A DNA stretch of 64,000 nucleotides from Mytilus trossulus (taxonomy: Eukaryota), in NCBI RefSeq assembly GCF_036588685.1, contig NC_086377.1:63860001-63924000 (forward strand), read 5' to 3'. Of this stretch, positions 25,667 through 41,019 are shown piece by piece (position 1 is the first letter of the stretch; every line of letters begins with the position of its first letter). The notes beneath the pieces were generated by a model. It was not told where the DNA came from, ran no database searches, and saw nothing but the letters and a program-made list of their open reading frames with translations. The position numbers were made by a program, and so were the translations under genes.

Positions 25667-28600
25667 TGTAACGGACGCGGAGATGCGCCCTAGGTTTTAG
25701 GTTTTATACATTGTTTTTCAGTTATCTCCCTTGTCAGTAAACGAACGAAATACGAACAAGATCAGTGTGTAATTGGCCCAAAGAGGTAAATGTGTTGTGT
25801 TTTTGTATTGTGCGGATATTATACTTGATTCATATGTCATTCGAATATATTTTCTGTTTATTTTGACTGTTTTACTAAGGTTGTTTTCATTTTTCTTTGT
25901 AGTTTTCACGTAAACTTCGAACTCAGTACGAGGGTACCTGCGACACTACCCAGTCTATTGTATTGTGTATTATTCATGCATGCGTCTTATAACAATAAAC
26001 AAAAGAATTTAGTGGACTTGAACTTTGAGACCAAACTACTACTACAGTGAAAACTCTCTACACAGTTTCATACCTGATGTGATGCGTTAATTTAACACGT
26101 GTGATTTGGCAGTGGCTATTGACACGTAACTTACGTAACAGTGAACATTTGTGCAATAACAATCATCAACGAATCCAAAGTGTTTGTTACATTTATTCTT
26201 CATAGAAATTGCGGTTACAACAGAAGAAGAACAGTGGAAGCTGTCAAGACTGGGACATAGCCTTCTATTATTTACAGAAATACATTGATATTATTAATAT
26301 GCCTATTGATTTAACATAATTGACAAACTTGAAATTTCATTGCGCCATTGTTGCATGTTAGATTTTTGTGTAGTTTGATGAATGTTGGTAATACATTTGA
26401 AAATTATTGCATTTTAAAAAAAAAACTTGTCATAGCAAGTCATATTGATATTTTGCCAAAGTGAATTTGTCATTTTTATTGCTTATTATTTTGTCATATT
26501 GATGCATAGGTTTTGAATGTTGATTTATTTGAATTATGTGCATTTTGATTCTGTATATATCATATTGTATTATATTTATTCATGTCTAGTCCTGGTGAGG
26601 AACCACGCGTTACGCGACACCGCAAAATGACTGAAAAGGGTTTATTCTGGCAATTAGACACTCTTCAGCAAAATTTAAAAAAGGCTATATCAGCTTAGCA
26701 CTCGAAACACAATAAGTTAAGTATTCTCTTGAGTGACAGTGATGATTTATCAGAATAACGTGCCACTAGAGACTCATTAGTAAAATGTATGAGTCAAATT
26801 GAGGACATTTACAAACATTTTTCTCGTTTGCTAAGCGAAGAAGGCTCTTCATCGGAACATTCTCAATTAGCTCGCGAAATCGGAACTGATATTTCTCAGA
26901 AATTTGAACAGTGTAATACGGATACTGCTACTATTTTAAAAGAGATTGCTAAACGCATACAATGTATTGATGAGGTAAAAAGTGAAAGGTCATCTAGGCG
27001 TTCTAGTCGATCGAATCGTTCAGTGTCTGAAAGGTCACATGTTTCGTCTCGAATATCAAATGCGTCTAAATTATCTGAAACTGCTGCAAGAGCCGCTGAA
27101 CTTAAAACAAAATTGAAATATATTGAAGCTGAATCGAAAGCAAAATTAGAACTTGATTAAATTCAAACTAGGCGTGAGTTAGAAACTGCAGAAGTCAAGT
27201 TAGAAATACTCGAAGGAGTAAGTCAGGGTGGCTCAGTGCTTGATGGTGCTAAAAAATATTTACCACAAGCCGATATATTGACAAACTTCTTAAAGACTGT
27301 AAGTGCTTCACATGATCAAAACAAAAACTCAAGTGTACCTAACATTTTATCGTCTTCTGTGCCTTTTACTAGTGATACAAATGTTGACTATGCGATAAAC
27401 CAAAATCAACCAGTTGTTGCACCTTTTGTTAGCTCCTCATGTCTAAATCCGGAAGTAAATGAATTTGTTCCGATTTAAAGAGAAACAAGTAGTTTCAGAG
27501 CGATGGATCACGTACAAACCGATTCTGTGCATGTGGATTTACCGAAAACCGAAATGCCAATTATGTCAAAAACAATAAGCTCAGATGTGGTTACTGACTT
27601 AGCCAAATCTTTTGCCGACCAAATTAACTAGAATAGACTTCCTCCGCCTGAACCTCCGATATTTAATGGTGATCCATTAAAATATGCGTCATGGAAAGTA
27701 GCTTTTGAGACCCTTATTGAACGAAGGAACATACCACCTTTAGAGCAGATCCATTACCTACGTAGGTATGTTGGAGACTCCGTTCGTGAAGTAATCGAAA
27801 ACTTTTTCCTTATTGCAACAGATGACTCTTATTTTGATGCTAAAAAACTGTTAGACCAAAGGTATGGTGACCCGTTTATCGTTGGTAATGCTTTTCGTGA
27901 CCGACTAGAAAAGTGGCCTTAGATAGCGTTTCGTGATAGCTTAGGATTGAGAAAATGTTCAGATTATATTAAACAGTGTCTTTCCGCAATGAAAACGATC
28001 AAGAATCTGAACGTTCTTAACGATGATCGTGAGAACCGAAAACTTTTATCAAAATTTCCCGACTGGATAGTTACACGATGGGGACGAATTGTCGCTCAAC
28101 ATAAAACTGATCATCATACATTTCCCTCATTTCAGACTTTTTCTGTGTTTATTGAACGAGAATCAACGATTGCGAACGATCCTGTTTCTTCTCTCAACTC
28201 TCTTAAAACAGATAGTACACCACGAAATACGGACACAAACTTTCGAAGTGTTAAAAATGACCGTGATACACCACGCAGAAATGCATTTGTAACGGAGACA
28301 AAGTCGACTAGTTATGATAGGACCAAAGAAGGTAACTCCGGTGCTAATAAGAATTGTTTCTTCTGTCACAAGAAACTACCTTGCAAAATCTGCACAAGAG
28401 CGTAAAGAATTTGCTAAGAGAACAGTGTTGTGCTTTGCTTGTTTAGGCTCTGGACATTTATCGAAACAGTGTAACAAACGCGCAACGTGCAGCATTTGCA
28501 CAAAACGACATCCGACAGCCTTTCATGGAGATGTAGTAAAACAATATCCGAACAATTCAAAACAACCTACACCTTGTAATGAGGAAAAGGAACTTTATAA

Positions 28601-31500
28601 GTCTCAAACTGGTGCGGTTTTAATGGGCATAACCGAGTCATGTGGAAAAAGCTCGATGATTGTTCCTGTTTATCTCTCTCATACTGATAACCAACAACAT
28701 GAAATACTAGTGTACGCACTTTTAGACACTCAGTCTGATACTACGTTCATTTTGGACAATACACGTCAAACTCTTGGACTTTCTGGTGCCGACGTGAAGC
28801 TGTCATTATCAACCATTCACAGAATTCAATAGTCGATAGCTGTAAGATAGATGGATTGATAGTAAGGGCCTACGATAGCGACAAGAAGATAACGCTACCG
28901 TCTACATTTGCCCGTGACATCTTACCGGCAAATAGAGCACATATACCTACTGGTGATATGGCGAGAAGATGACCGGAGTTAGAGAAGATTGCCAGTCAGT
29001 TGATGTCAGTAAGTGATTGCGAATTTGGACTACTTATAGGTTATAATTGCGCCCGTGCATTGACTCCTAGAGAGGTGATTCCGACAACTGATGATGGACC
29101 TTACGCACAGAAAACAGACCTCGGATGGGATATAGTTGGTATTGTGGATCCGAGCTGCATTGATAATGCATTAACTACACATTCTCACAGAATGATAGCG
29201 TTTGAAAGCCATGTATTATTTACTATTTGAAATTGTACAAAATTAGTAAGTCCCGTTGAAGTAGCGCGAATGATGGAACTCGATTTTTCCGAACGCACTC
29301 ATGACAAACAGTCTATGTCATTTGATGACAAACGTTTTTTGAACATTCTTGAAAGCGGAATCAGAGTAAATGATGGACATTATGAAAACCCTTTGACCTT
29401 TAAAGGATCCGAACCGATATTACCGAGCAACAAGTCTCAAGCCATTCAGAGATTCAATCATCTTCGAAAGCGTTTACGCAATGATGCTCGATACCGAAAT
29501 GACTATTTTAAGAGTATGGATGACTTAATAACAAAGGGATTTGCGGAGAAAGTTAAACCGTCTCAATCCGATAACGAAGGACATGTTTGGTACATACCAC
29601 ATCACGGAGTATATCATCCTCAGAAGCCCGAAAAAGTCCGTGTTGTGTTTGATTGTAGTTCTAGATACAAAGGTGAATCACTAAACGACTACTTGCTGCA
29701 AGGCCCAGACTTAACGAACTCGTTTGTAGGAGTGCTTTGTAGATTTCGTCAAGAACCAATTGCAGTTGTCTGCAATATTGAACAAATGATTTTACAGTTC
29801 AAAGTGAGAACTGAACACCAAGATTATTTACGATTTTTGTGTTGGGACAATTATAAAGATCTTTCGAAAGAACCGTGCGAATACAGGATGAACGTCCATT
29901 TATTTGGGGCCGCATCATCCCCAAGATGTGCCAATTTTGGACTTGAACAACTTGCTAATGATTATGAAGCCGATTTTGGTTCCGAAGTATCGAACTTTAT
30001 TAGACGTGATTTTTACGTTAACGATGGTCTTAAATCTGTGTCAAACGTTACAGAAGCAGTAAACCTTATACATGGTAGTGTAGAAATGTGCAATAAGCGT
30101 GGTCTTCAGTTGCACAATTGTTTGTCAAATTCTAAGGATGTTTTAGCGCACATACCAGAAAAGGATCGTGCCAAACAGTTGAATTTAAACTTATCACATG
30201 ATGAACTTCCTACGACAAAGACATAAGGAATTGAATGGTGTATTGAATTAGATGTGTTTCAATTTCGTATCACGCTCAACAACAAGCCGCCTACAAGGCG
30301 TGGAATGCTGTCTACATTAAGCGCAGTATATGATCCGCTAGGTATTATCTCACCCATCATTCTTGTTGGGAAACAGCTCTTGCAAGATTTATGTAAAGAC
30401 AAACCGATTGGGATACCCCGTTACCGGAAGATATCCAGAACAAATGGGAAAGGTGGAAGCAAGACTTAATAGACCCTGAATTATTGAAAATCAATCGTTG
30501 CTTCAAACCGGTCGACTTTGGCGAAGTAAAATTCATAGAATTTCATCATTTTTCAGATGCTAGTTCAAATGGTTACGGTCAGTGTTCATACGTTCGCCTT
30601 TTCAACTTTAAACATCAAGTACATTGTGCTCTGGTTATTGGTAAATCTCGAGTGGTTCCGTTAAAGCCCATTACGATTCCCAAGTTAGAGCTTACGGCTG
30701 CAGTAATCGCCGTGAATATCAGTGCAATTTTGAGAGATGAACTTGAGTATTCCGATAAAAATGTCACTGAGTATTTCTGGACCGATAGTAACGTAGTACT
30801 AGGTTATATTGCGAATGATTCCAGTCGTTTTCATGTGTTTGTGGCTAACAGAGTACAACAGATTCGCGACAACACCGAACCATTTCAGTGGTATTATGTC
30901 AGTTCTACCGAAAAAACAACCGACATTGCTTCTCGTGGAGCTACACCGATCAAATTAAGAGAATCAAAGTGGTTTACGGGACCATATTTCTTATGGAATG
31001 CGGAACACGTAGTCAGAAAGGAATTATCGGATACGTTTAAACCGTTATTGAATGACCCGGAAGTTAGAAAAGTTAAAGTTATGTCTACAAGTACTTGTTT
31101 ACCTCCTCCTGCGTCCATACTTGAACGTTTAGAATACTTTTCAGATTGGAACAGAGCTTGAAAATGCGTTGCTAGCAAAACGTCCGAAGGGAACCTGTTT
31201 ATCCGTTAACGTGGAAGACATGCGACAAGCTGAACTTGGAATTGTCAAAAGGGTTCAAGACACTTTCTTCAAGGAAGAATTACTCATATTGCGTTCATTT
31301 GATTATGAAGGACCGTTTGAAGCCAACGACTCAGTTAACGTGCGAAACAATACTATGAAAAAGAAATCGTCTTTGTATAAACTTGACCCCTTTCTCGACC
31401 AGGACGGCATCATCCGAGTTGATGGCCGCATCCGACGTGCTGATCTGAGCATTAATTTGAAGCATCCTATTATATTACCTAGACATTCTCACGTCTACAA
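25667..31500 (+). mobile_element. Decayed BEL/Pao LTR retrotransposon (5' LTR ~25667-26046; gag-PR-RT-RNase H; integrase truncated)
   Basis: TG..CA LTR with AATAAA. Gag zinc knuckles CFACLGSGH..CSICTKRH, protease ALLDTQSD, RT WYIPHHGV/RVVFD/LLQGPDL/FYVND, RNase H FSDAS/FWTDS, HPIILP. Many stops and frameshifts. Confidence 0.9.
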
Positions 31501-32457
31501 GTATTTACAATGATCCATTATTGAATTTTATTTTTGGACAATTATGTGTTTTCGGATCGCTATATGTTATTGAATGTCCTTTGTTTTGTTGGGCCAATCT
31601 CACGGTCATGCAGTGTATCGGTTGGTGTGGTGGTAGATCGTAAAGTTGATTTCTGCCGAGGGGTTGTCCCAAAGTATTGATCGAGTGGACTGTAGGTTGT
31701 TTGTTCCCTGTGATTTGGATGCAATTTTTCTGTTTCTTTCAAGTTTTGTTCAGGATACTGTTGTGTGGTTACTTCAGACTCTTTGATTTAGTTCTGGTAC
31801 ATGTGTCTTTGTCTCAAATGTATCTTTGGGGAGATCAGCATTTATACTGGTTTTTTCAGTATGTGGTGTATCTAACGAATTTAGTTTCGATTGTGTAGGT
31901 ACCTCACCATTTGAAATCATCAGCAGATATAAATTAGTTTTTCTTTATTCATATTCTAACAGGCTTTCTTTTGCAACATATTTTGGTTTCCTGAGTACAC
32001 CTTAATGAGTTTTTCCTCACTGTTATTGAATTAACAACAGATCTTTATATTCTCCATATTTCTCCAATAACTCTATGAAGTCCAGGCGGTTAGCTGTTAT
32101 TGTCATTTAAATTGTTCTGTATAGGTAAGGCAATTGTTTATATATGGTTTTGAGCTACCAAAAAAATGTCAAATTATAATATGAATACAGGCTTGACGCA
32201 GAATATTCCACGATCAGGCTCTACATTATCATAAGTGTTGTTGTGTTTAAGTGCTAGGACATAGTCCGCCATTAATCAATGGTCGGATTTAAACTATTTT
32301 GACCACTAATGGTTTTCAAAGTAGATATCGTTATTTAGATCTACAATGGTAAGCAGACAGTTTCTTAGAATTCAATTATCGTTTTATTTTTTGGTTATAA
32401 TAAATGAATTCCACATCTGTACATTACTGTACCAAGTTCACCCATCATTGTAAAAAA

Positions 32458-32680
32458 AACGGAATTTGATGAAACTGTTATCATAGTACTCGAGAGGTTA
32501 AGCGCTATAAAACCAGGTTTAATCTCCCATTTTCTACATTTGAAAATGCCTGTACCAAGTCAGAAATATTACAAGTTCTTGTCCATTCGTTTTTTATGTA
32601 TTTTTGTTTTATTTTGCCATGTGATTATGTACTTTCCGGATTTTCCTCCAAGTTCAGTATTTTTGTGATTTAATTTTTTC
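32458..32680 (+). repeat. Interspersed repeat, inverted copy at ~47990-48220
   Basis: AAAACCAGGTTTAAT..TTTGAAAATGCCTGTACCAAGTCAG matches the reverse complement of 48116-48170. Confidence 0.75.
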
Positions 32681-35600
32681 TACCAATTGATGTGCTATTT
32701 CCAGGACCTTTGAAATCAGTGGTCAGCCATCCAAACCGGAAATGGATTTCATGGGTTTTAATTTGTATATGTTGATTTACCTATATGCAATAAAAAATCG
32801 AGTTTACCTTCATCCATATTTGTAATTGGTATTGAAGAGAAGAAAGCATAACGTGTCTTATAGAAAATGTATATCAGCTTAAAAATTATGGATGGCAACC
32901 CTACTTTGTCAGTTAATGACAACGGTTTCTATTTTACCATTAAAACAAAAAAAGCTCGATGGCCTTATTGAGCCACAGGAGTCAGTTGGGCAGAAGGCCA
33001 ATGGTCTCAGAAAAAACAAATAGTTTCATGGATCTGGGCAGAGAAAAATAAATATCTACATGAAAACTGTATACAAGCCACGTTTATTTCATGCAACATG
33101 AGTATGCCTGCCAACCCTTTTAAAATGAAGAATATGATTTCCTAACCGCTGTCCTAAGTATATTAGCTTAAAAGAAAAAAAAACAAATGAAAAATTGAAA
33201 TATTGTATCAAATTTAACCAACAACTTTATTTAATAAAAAAAAACGATTAATTATTAAAAAAATATTTTAGTTTTGAATTAAATAAATAAATTAATTAAA
33301 TAAATAATTTTGCTATTTTAATTGTACATTTAAACTCTTTGAAACAAAGCACAAGTAAAAATATAACTACGTTTTATATTAGAATTGAACAAACTAATTG
33401 TAAATAGTTCAAATTAAATATATAATCGGTAAAATCATTAATTGCTTTGAGGGAGCTTAGTTTGAATTGTCACGTTTTCATACTTTTAAGTTCAAAGTCA
33501 AATCTCGTGCATCTTTCATATAAATACTGGTGCTTCAACTGTTTTATTTTATTACTGCAAGTAACATACGTTTGAATTCATGTATGATCAAAGGAAAAAA
33601 TCGAAGTTTACCCATGCAAAATTAAATGGCCCAGTTTCATCTTTAATATAAAAAAGAAGATGTGGTATGATTGCCAATGAGATGATCGGAAATAAAATCA
33701 CTAATACAATATGTCATTTATATTAAAACGCATTGGTCAACTAATAATTTAAAAATATGAAAAATTGAAGGACTTTTGTGTTAAAATCATTTCGAAATCG
33801 GAAGTTGTTGATCTATTTACAAAGAAAATTTACTTATCCAATACAAAAAAAAAATGGAAAATGGTGTGAGCAAAAAATAATATCTTAATTTCGTCTCCTT
33901 TTCTCCAGTTCAAACCAGCTCGACTAGTAAAGTGTACAAATTTTCAAAGAAATGTTATAATTATTCTATAGAATTTTTCCCTTTTTTTATTGCGTACACT
34001 GACTCACTTTTTTCAAATGTTTTTAATATTTTGTAATACCACAAAAGCTTGAAATTTTTTTTTTTAGTTAATTCTGTTTTTTAACTGCTAAAATTACTGT
34101 TAAATAGACTTAGTATACTAAATTTGAACATCTGTCAAATGAATGTATATTCATACATGTAATCTTAGAAAAATAACTAGGAAACGAAATTATATCAAGA
34201 ATAAATCACCAAATATGCATAAATTCCAGGGTTTACTTATTGCCTAAACTTATGTTCGGCAATAGGATGAAAAATCATCATCAAACTTCAGGAAATAAAC
34301 ATTTCAGACACTAACTTAATGCCTAGAGGTAAGCTAATTGCATATGATTTAAGCTTAATGCCTAATTTTACCTATTGTCGCTAACATATATATACTTTGA
34401 ATATGTTTACATTTTCACGCAGCTATAAATGCATTTAAGAAACAATATTTTAGAGGAATACAGTTCTTCACCGTCCTTATATATGTAGGTGTGTGTTTGT
34501 ATGTGTACTAAATAAACAGCAAAAAATGTAATACAGCTATTTGCTGTTAGAGTGACAGACAGGGTGTACATGAACATTCGTCATTGTACATTCTGGAAAT
34601 GTATAGTGTATATATATATATTGCATCTTATATATGTAAACAGATCTTTGCTGAACATAGTCACCAATCTTTATAAGTGATAAGACTCGGAAGAGACAGT
34701 GTGTTTCTGAGTGTTCCTGGTAAATGGATTATGTGTCATCATCACGTCTTTACTAAACAGTTTTACCGCTGTGAAATCAACGTTTTATTCTTTTAATGCA
34801 TCTATATTTTTTAATTAGAAATATTAAATCATGTGAACCAAATTCAGAAAACATAAGTATTTCACTGGATTTATCTGCTGAATATGTCCAGGACCTTTTA
34901 CAAATATCACCGAAGACGCATATTGTATCTATTCATGTCGCAGAAACATATCTTACAAGATGTACGGATAATCTTGGATAATGATCGTAACTCTATAAGA
35001 AGTCATTTTCAGTATGGAAATATATACGAAACTGTCAGTAACTCGGTTACAGTAACATTATATGTAAGTACTGGTACAATTAATGTTCAAGGTCGCAATG
35101 TTTATAATACGATTGAAACTTTTGTAGCAAACTGTGAATCCCTCGTAAATGAGTCATACATGTACTACACATATACCTGGTAATATAAAATATTCATAAA
35201 AAGAGCATCTCAGCATTTACTTATTTGGTGCTGAATATTTACATTACATCATATAAAAGTCTTTAATACACTTCTACAATAACGATATTTAATGACACTT
35301 GCTAGTAACTTTTAATTTCAGGGTACCTGGGATGAATCCAGTAAGAGAGAGACCTCTCTACAAGGACATACAAAAACTAAATCAAACCGGTCAAAGAACC
35401 ATCTAGAAAATCTACCAGGACTAGTAAACCAGACAAAATACCTGGTATAATAGCTATTATTGTTTATCAGATAATTGAATTTAAAGAGGCTACTGGCGTG
35501 TGTTGTTTTTGGATTATAATGTTTTCTTATTATAAATGAAAAGAGTCCGCTTACACTGCCTTATATTTAGGAACGCCTCTTTCTGTTAAGAATGATTGCT

Positions 35601-35939
35601 ATCACGTGCATTTTGTTCTCACGAGTGTACCGCACGTTATAACTTTCTCACTTATCATCTGTTAGCTCCATACAAACATTTTGTTATACAAAAATTATTT
35701 TTTTTTACTTCGTCTATATTCCTGTTTTTTGTGCAATTTTTACCTGTCTAGTTATTTTTGCCAGAGGATCATCTCAAACAAACATTTTGTTGACATTAGA
35801 GTTTTTTTATACCGAAGAAACATTAGCCTGTATTAAAAGTGTGACGTTCCATTGTCTAAATTACGAGCCATCCTAGTCGTTCGTTAGCTGACCAGTTTCA
35901 AAATGTAGTGCCTTCCTAGTTTTTCATTTGCTTTCCAAT

Positions 35940-38915
35940 CTACCATGCCAAGAGGGAATTCGAAGAAAGGGACTCCAGCTGGAGGGCAGGGATAAAACGA
36001 CGAAGATTGGCCGACCCCAAAGGAGAAAGAACAAACTAGTGCAGTTAATCCCAGATCATCTGGTCAGCTGCAGTCAACTGTTTAGATAATGGGACATTCT
36101 ACTACCCATTGGGATAGCATACCAGCTGCTAGCCGATCTGGTTGGAAAAACCTTAATTTGGATAGGCTAGGAGTAGAAGTAAAATGGAAAACAAAATCAG
36201 GAATGACATGGAAAGATCTGGATTCACATTTTGAAAGTGAAATTAAAAAGTGGCCAGCCCCTAAACATATATTTATACATCTAGGTGCAAATGATTTAGT
36301 ATTTATGAATTATGAGTTAATAGAAACATTACACGTTCTGTTGTAAGAATAACAGTTTTCGCACCCGACATCAGAATAATATTGTCAGATATTTTACCAA
36401 GGCCTATTGACATGGAACATTAATGCCAATTTTAGTAGAAATAGCAAGAAAAGAGTCAATTGTGCCGTAAGATCGTTTATGAAGACCGAAGGTCGATATA
36501 TTTCAGGTTTCCAGCTATCAAAGCCTCTGAATCCAATTTATTCATAAGTCACAAGTCGGTATTGGCATTTTCTTAAATACCTTTCAGGCTGTCATTGAAA
36601 CTTTCGTACTCGGTGTTGATGAGGTTTTCCCACCAGATAAATAAGCGCAGAGACTGTTTGGCGGTGGATGTGGATTTTTAAGACCCCCATTCATTGGGGG
36701 GGTCAGGGAGACAATAAGCGGACTGGGAACTGTCCCCCTCTGGCACATATCTCTACCATACCGGCTCTTTAGTGGAGGTATCAAATAATTTCCAAGGGTT
36801 CACTCTTGTCATCAAGACAAATCCCCTCCACCTTTGGTATAAGAAAGGTGTCATCTCCGCAGTACACGTAATTCAGGTTGTTTGCATTTAAAATATCGGA
36901 GAGACTGTTGTTTTCAGAGGGGAGAAATTTTTTGACACTTATGTTATCATAGTCATCAATATGTTCTTTTCAATCCTTTGGCTATCGGTTTGTTTGTCTC
37001 CCTGGATCTGGTTAAACATTTTATCTGCGGCCTATCAAATATCCACACATACATATTTTGTACACATACCAAGTATTCTTTATTCTTTCTACAATTTGTA
37101 ATGTCGGTTTTTTTCAGCGCCAGTAGTCCGTTAATAAACAACACTTTTACAAGGAACCCCATTTGCAGAATGTTGTTACATAACCAGATGTTATAAAATA
37201 TGGAAGACACTGGAACAAGTAATAATTCTAATTAAATATGGAAGACACTGGAACAAGTAATAATTATAATTACATGTACGATATTGGGACATCTGTTATG
37301 ATACACTGCTAATGCAGTTTTTGGCCTTAATGTCACCTCACTTCCGTATCAGATACAGTAAAAACTCTCAATAATCAGTCATCTGACCTCCAAGATCCCT
37401 TAAAAGGTAGTGCGGTATACCATCATGCATTGCCACTACAAAATGCACGTGTAGATGGGGATCCGCGATCCCATGATGCACAAAAATAAACAATAATAAA
37501 AACACGCCCAGTAACGACAATCGTGTTTTGATTGGAATGGTTTCAAAATTATCATCGACTGTACAGTCCCTACAACAGAAGGTTTTAGGCTGAACAGGAA
37601 AGGTGAATTTATTACTTCAAGCCAGAAATGAAAATACCAGTACTAGTAGAATCGCAGAAACACCAAATGCATATGTCTCCGCTCCGGTGGATAATGTATC
37701 CAATATCATCAATCATAACTCTACAAATTAGGTCAATCTTGTTTAAATTTTAATCTACAGTCCGCATACAATGCATTGCAAAATACACGAATTACACCGA
37801 ACTCAACCACAGGGAGCGAGGAACAGCTTTTAAATATGGGAAATTCAGGCAACATTGTGAGAACAGCACATGGCTATTCTGCAGAAACTCTACCGTTTGT
37901 GGAAACAATATCACCCCAGTTACGAAAGAATATTATATCAGGTATGGACATCAATCTAACATCTTTATTGATACCATACTATTCTGGTTCAGGAACACAC
38001 GAGTTAAGCTTGTGTGAAGACAAAAACAATAAATCTGACCCTAGGAGTTGAAGATCATTGTCTCTGGGCGAATTTATTCAGGCTTTTGGGATTTATAAGA
38101 ACATAATGTGTACAAAATTTCCTCACCGTAGGAGTGAGCTGGATCTTTATGAACGTGAGTTGGTTGATATGGCCACCAGGTATCCGGGTAAGGGATTTTA
38201 CCAGTACCATAAACGGTTTACTGCTGATGCGGCAGCTAATTTAAGGCATAACAATATTCCTGTTGACTGGTCTATCAGAAATAACACTTTATTTTGCAAT
38301 ATTTTAGCGAACATTAAACCTAACACATGTAGCATTTGCAGTAGCACTTTTCACTCAAGTAGTTATAATTTTAATCAGTCAAACAACAGCAATAGGAATA
38401 CGACAGGGTCAAACATGTCAGATCAAGACATACACGACAGGGAGCGTTCTTATCAAGGGGGGAAGGAAATTTGTAATAATTTCAACGGGAAAACAGGTTG
38501 TTTTAGACCTCATTGTAGAAATTTACATAATTGTCTAAGTTGTTATAGAGAGCACTCTTTACGAGTTCAAAAAACGAGGCACTAGGACCCAAAAAATCGG
38601 GTCCAATATGCAGAGAAGAATTTAAACGATCAAGCGTCGCTTAGTTTATGAGTAACAACACCCATAGTGATAAGTAATTTAGTTCATGAATTAGAAAATC
38701 ATCCAAATAAGAATTTAAGAATTACCTAGTTTCTTGGTTAAGTCAATGTTTTTCCACAGATATTACAACATTACCATCTACGTCTAGTTAGTGCAAAAAC
38801 ATAAGATCAGCGTTATCTCAACCAGCACACGTTTCAAAATAAATAGAGACGGAGTAGAAAAAGGTTTTTATGAAGGACCCTTTGATATTATTCCATTTAA
38901 ACATTACCGCATTAA
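35940..38915 (+). mobile_element. Decayed DIRS/Ngaro-like tyrosine-recombinase retrotransposon fragment (SGNH-like ORF, gag, start of RT)
   Basis: IFIHLGANDL (SGNH block). Gag LSLGEFIQAFGIYKNIMC..FYQYHKRF..EICNNFN..C..C..H..C..C..H. RT start TPIVISNL..EGPF..YRIN. Confidence 0.7.
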
Positions 38916-39119
38916 TGTTGGCGGCCATCTTGGATAATGGATCGGCTACAAAGTAACAACACTTGGTCAGCACATTATAAGGAACATTCAGGCTATGTTT
39001 GGTTTCATTCCATTCAGTGGTTCTCTAAAAGAAGTCATTTGTATGCATTTTCAATAGGGTCCTTTGTTAAACTAAGTAGTAGACATATTTAATTAATTCA
39101 TTACTAATAATGATCTCAA

Positions 39120-39380
39120 ACTCCATGACCAATACGACATCTAGAAATAACACACAGATCTTTTCTGCACATAAAACTATTAACAGATATACCTAAATTA
39201 GTTTTAATTTCATGTTATTTATTATCATCTTGTTTACTCCATTCATTTTTCAATATATCAAAAAAAACTATTCTCTAATATTAGATTTAAAATCGGTATA
39301 TGGTATATCACAGTTAGATAAAAGAGTCACCCCAGGGCATTCTTTGTCTCAAAGTCTACAATTGTGTTTTTAGAGAATGC
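39120..39380 (-). mobile_element. Fragment of the same I-group LINE
   Basis: Matches 12652-12900 (ATGACCAATACGACATCTAG..GGTATATCACAGTTAGATA). Confidence 0.8.
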
Positions 39381-40609
39381 ATATTGGTTTGAGCATGATT
39401 CCCAGTTAGAATAAGAAGCCTGTTACATGTGCAGTTTGATGCATAGGAAATATAGATGTCACCGAGTCCGTGTTTCTCTAATAGCTGCAAATTGTGAAAC
39501 AGTGGATTAATTAATTATTTTGTATTTGTTATTTATTTATTTTCGGAAATAATAAATGTCACTTCCATGGAAATGATGTGATGTTCTGATTAAATCGGAC
39601 AAGATGAAAATTGTACATTGTACAAATAGGAAACTTACAATATCTATTAAGGAATGATCACATTACTGGATGACTGCATACCATGGAAAAGCATGATAAT
39701 GATTCATTTGAAATATCAATAATGAATTTGGAATAACAAGATTTCATAGTTTCAGTACAATCATGCATTGTATCTGAATTCCATGAATACCTTGGATAAT
39801 TATTCATTTAAAATAGAAATTGGAATAATGTGTTAGCCTTTTCTTCCTTTGTGGTAACAATAACTAAAACAATCATACATCCGGATAGACAGCCACGTGT
39901 GTTGAAAATGTTTTGAACCAATTGTAACAGCAGCAAGTGTAATAAATCACGGTACTGCTTGTTTTAGACACATTCTGTGCTGGTAGGACCCACAAGTATT
40001 TGTAAAATCATTAGGCAATAACTAATGTAACTCTAAATGTTTACACATTGATGATTTTATCATGTTATCAGGGGTTAACAGTTGTGATAACGATGAACGG
40101 ATCGTGTCCGAATCGGGTTTAGGTCAGTTATTATAAAGTCTGGACCTAACAAACCTAAGCTAGAGTCATTAAATGTAAACCAATGGTCAATGGCAAACTT
40201 TGCGACTATATGTAAGTTATGAGAAGAGGGTCATCTAGCCCAGAATAACATACTGGACTACTTATCATATGTCACTCGTACATATCAGTTGTTTCTTTCT
40301 CATGATGTAACATCGGTTCCCTTTTATGATAGAGTTTCGCAGGTTGCAATAATTTCAACCTGTGATACTTCTAAGTTAAGATGGGGATCTAATGTACCAC
40401 ATATTCAAACTGCGTTTTTGAAATCAAAGGGTAGTGATTCTAACAAGTTTTCAAAACCTCTAGAGTCTACTTTAAACCATTTTCTTTTCGCACAGCTGAT
40501 GAGAAAGACAAAAATCATAAAAGATAATTACATAATGATGGGAGGCCAACTTTGGTTCAATATTGCATTCCGTTTTGCGGTTCTATAAAAGAAGACAGTT
40601 ATAAGTATT

Positions 40610-40994
40610 TTTCATTGGGTCCAATAAAAAAACTAATCCCCCACTGGCAGTAATCTTGGCTGATGGTTCAGCTTCAAAGTGACAACACTTGGTCAACACC
40701 TCATTAAGACATGTGTATGTATTTCCCATAGGGTTCTATGTTAAACTAAGACCCCCGATGGCAGACATCTTGAATGATGGATCGGCTAAAAAGTAACACT
40801 TGGTCAGCACCTCAAAAGTAAAAATTATGTTATTATTGGTTATATTCCATTCAGTGATTCTCTAATAGAAGACATGTGTATGCATTTCCTATAGGGTCCG
40901 ATGTTAAACTAAGTACACACTGGTGGCCATCTTGGATGATACGCCGGGTGATGAGAATAGTTCACTTGGCCCTTCGAGCCAGGTGAGCTAAAAA
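40610..40994 (-). mobile_element. HINE-like element with ~170-bp units (related fragment 38918-39078)
   Basis: Terminus TTCACTTGGCCCTTCGAGCCAGGTGAGCTAAAAA is the reverse complement of the 6288 terminus. Confidence 0.7.
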
Positions 40995-41019
40995 TGGTGG
41001 CAGTTAAGTTGGGTATGGA

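Noticed and set aside
34796-35183. Possible LINE ORF1-like fragment (VTLYVSTGTINVQG)
   Set aside because: Too short and frameshifted to support a call.
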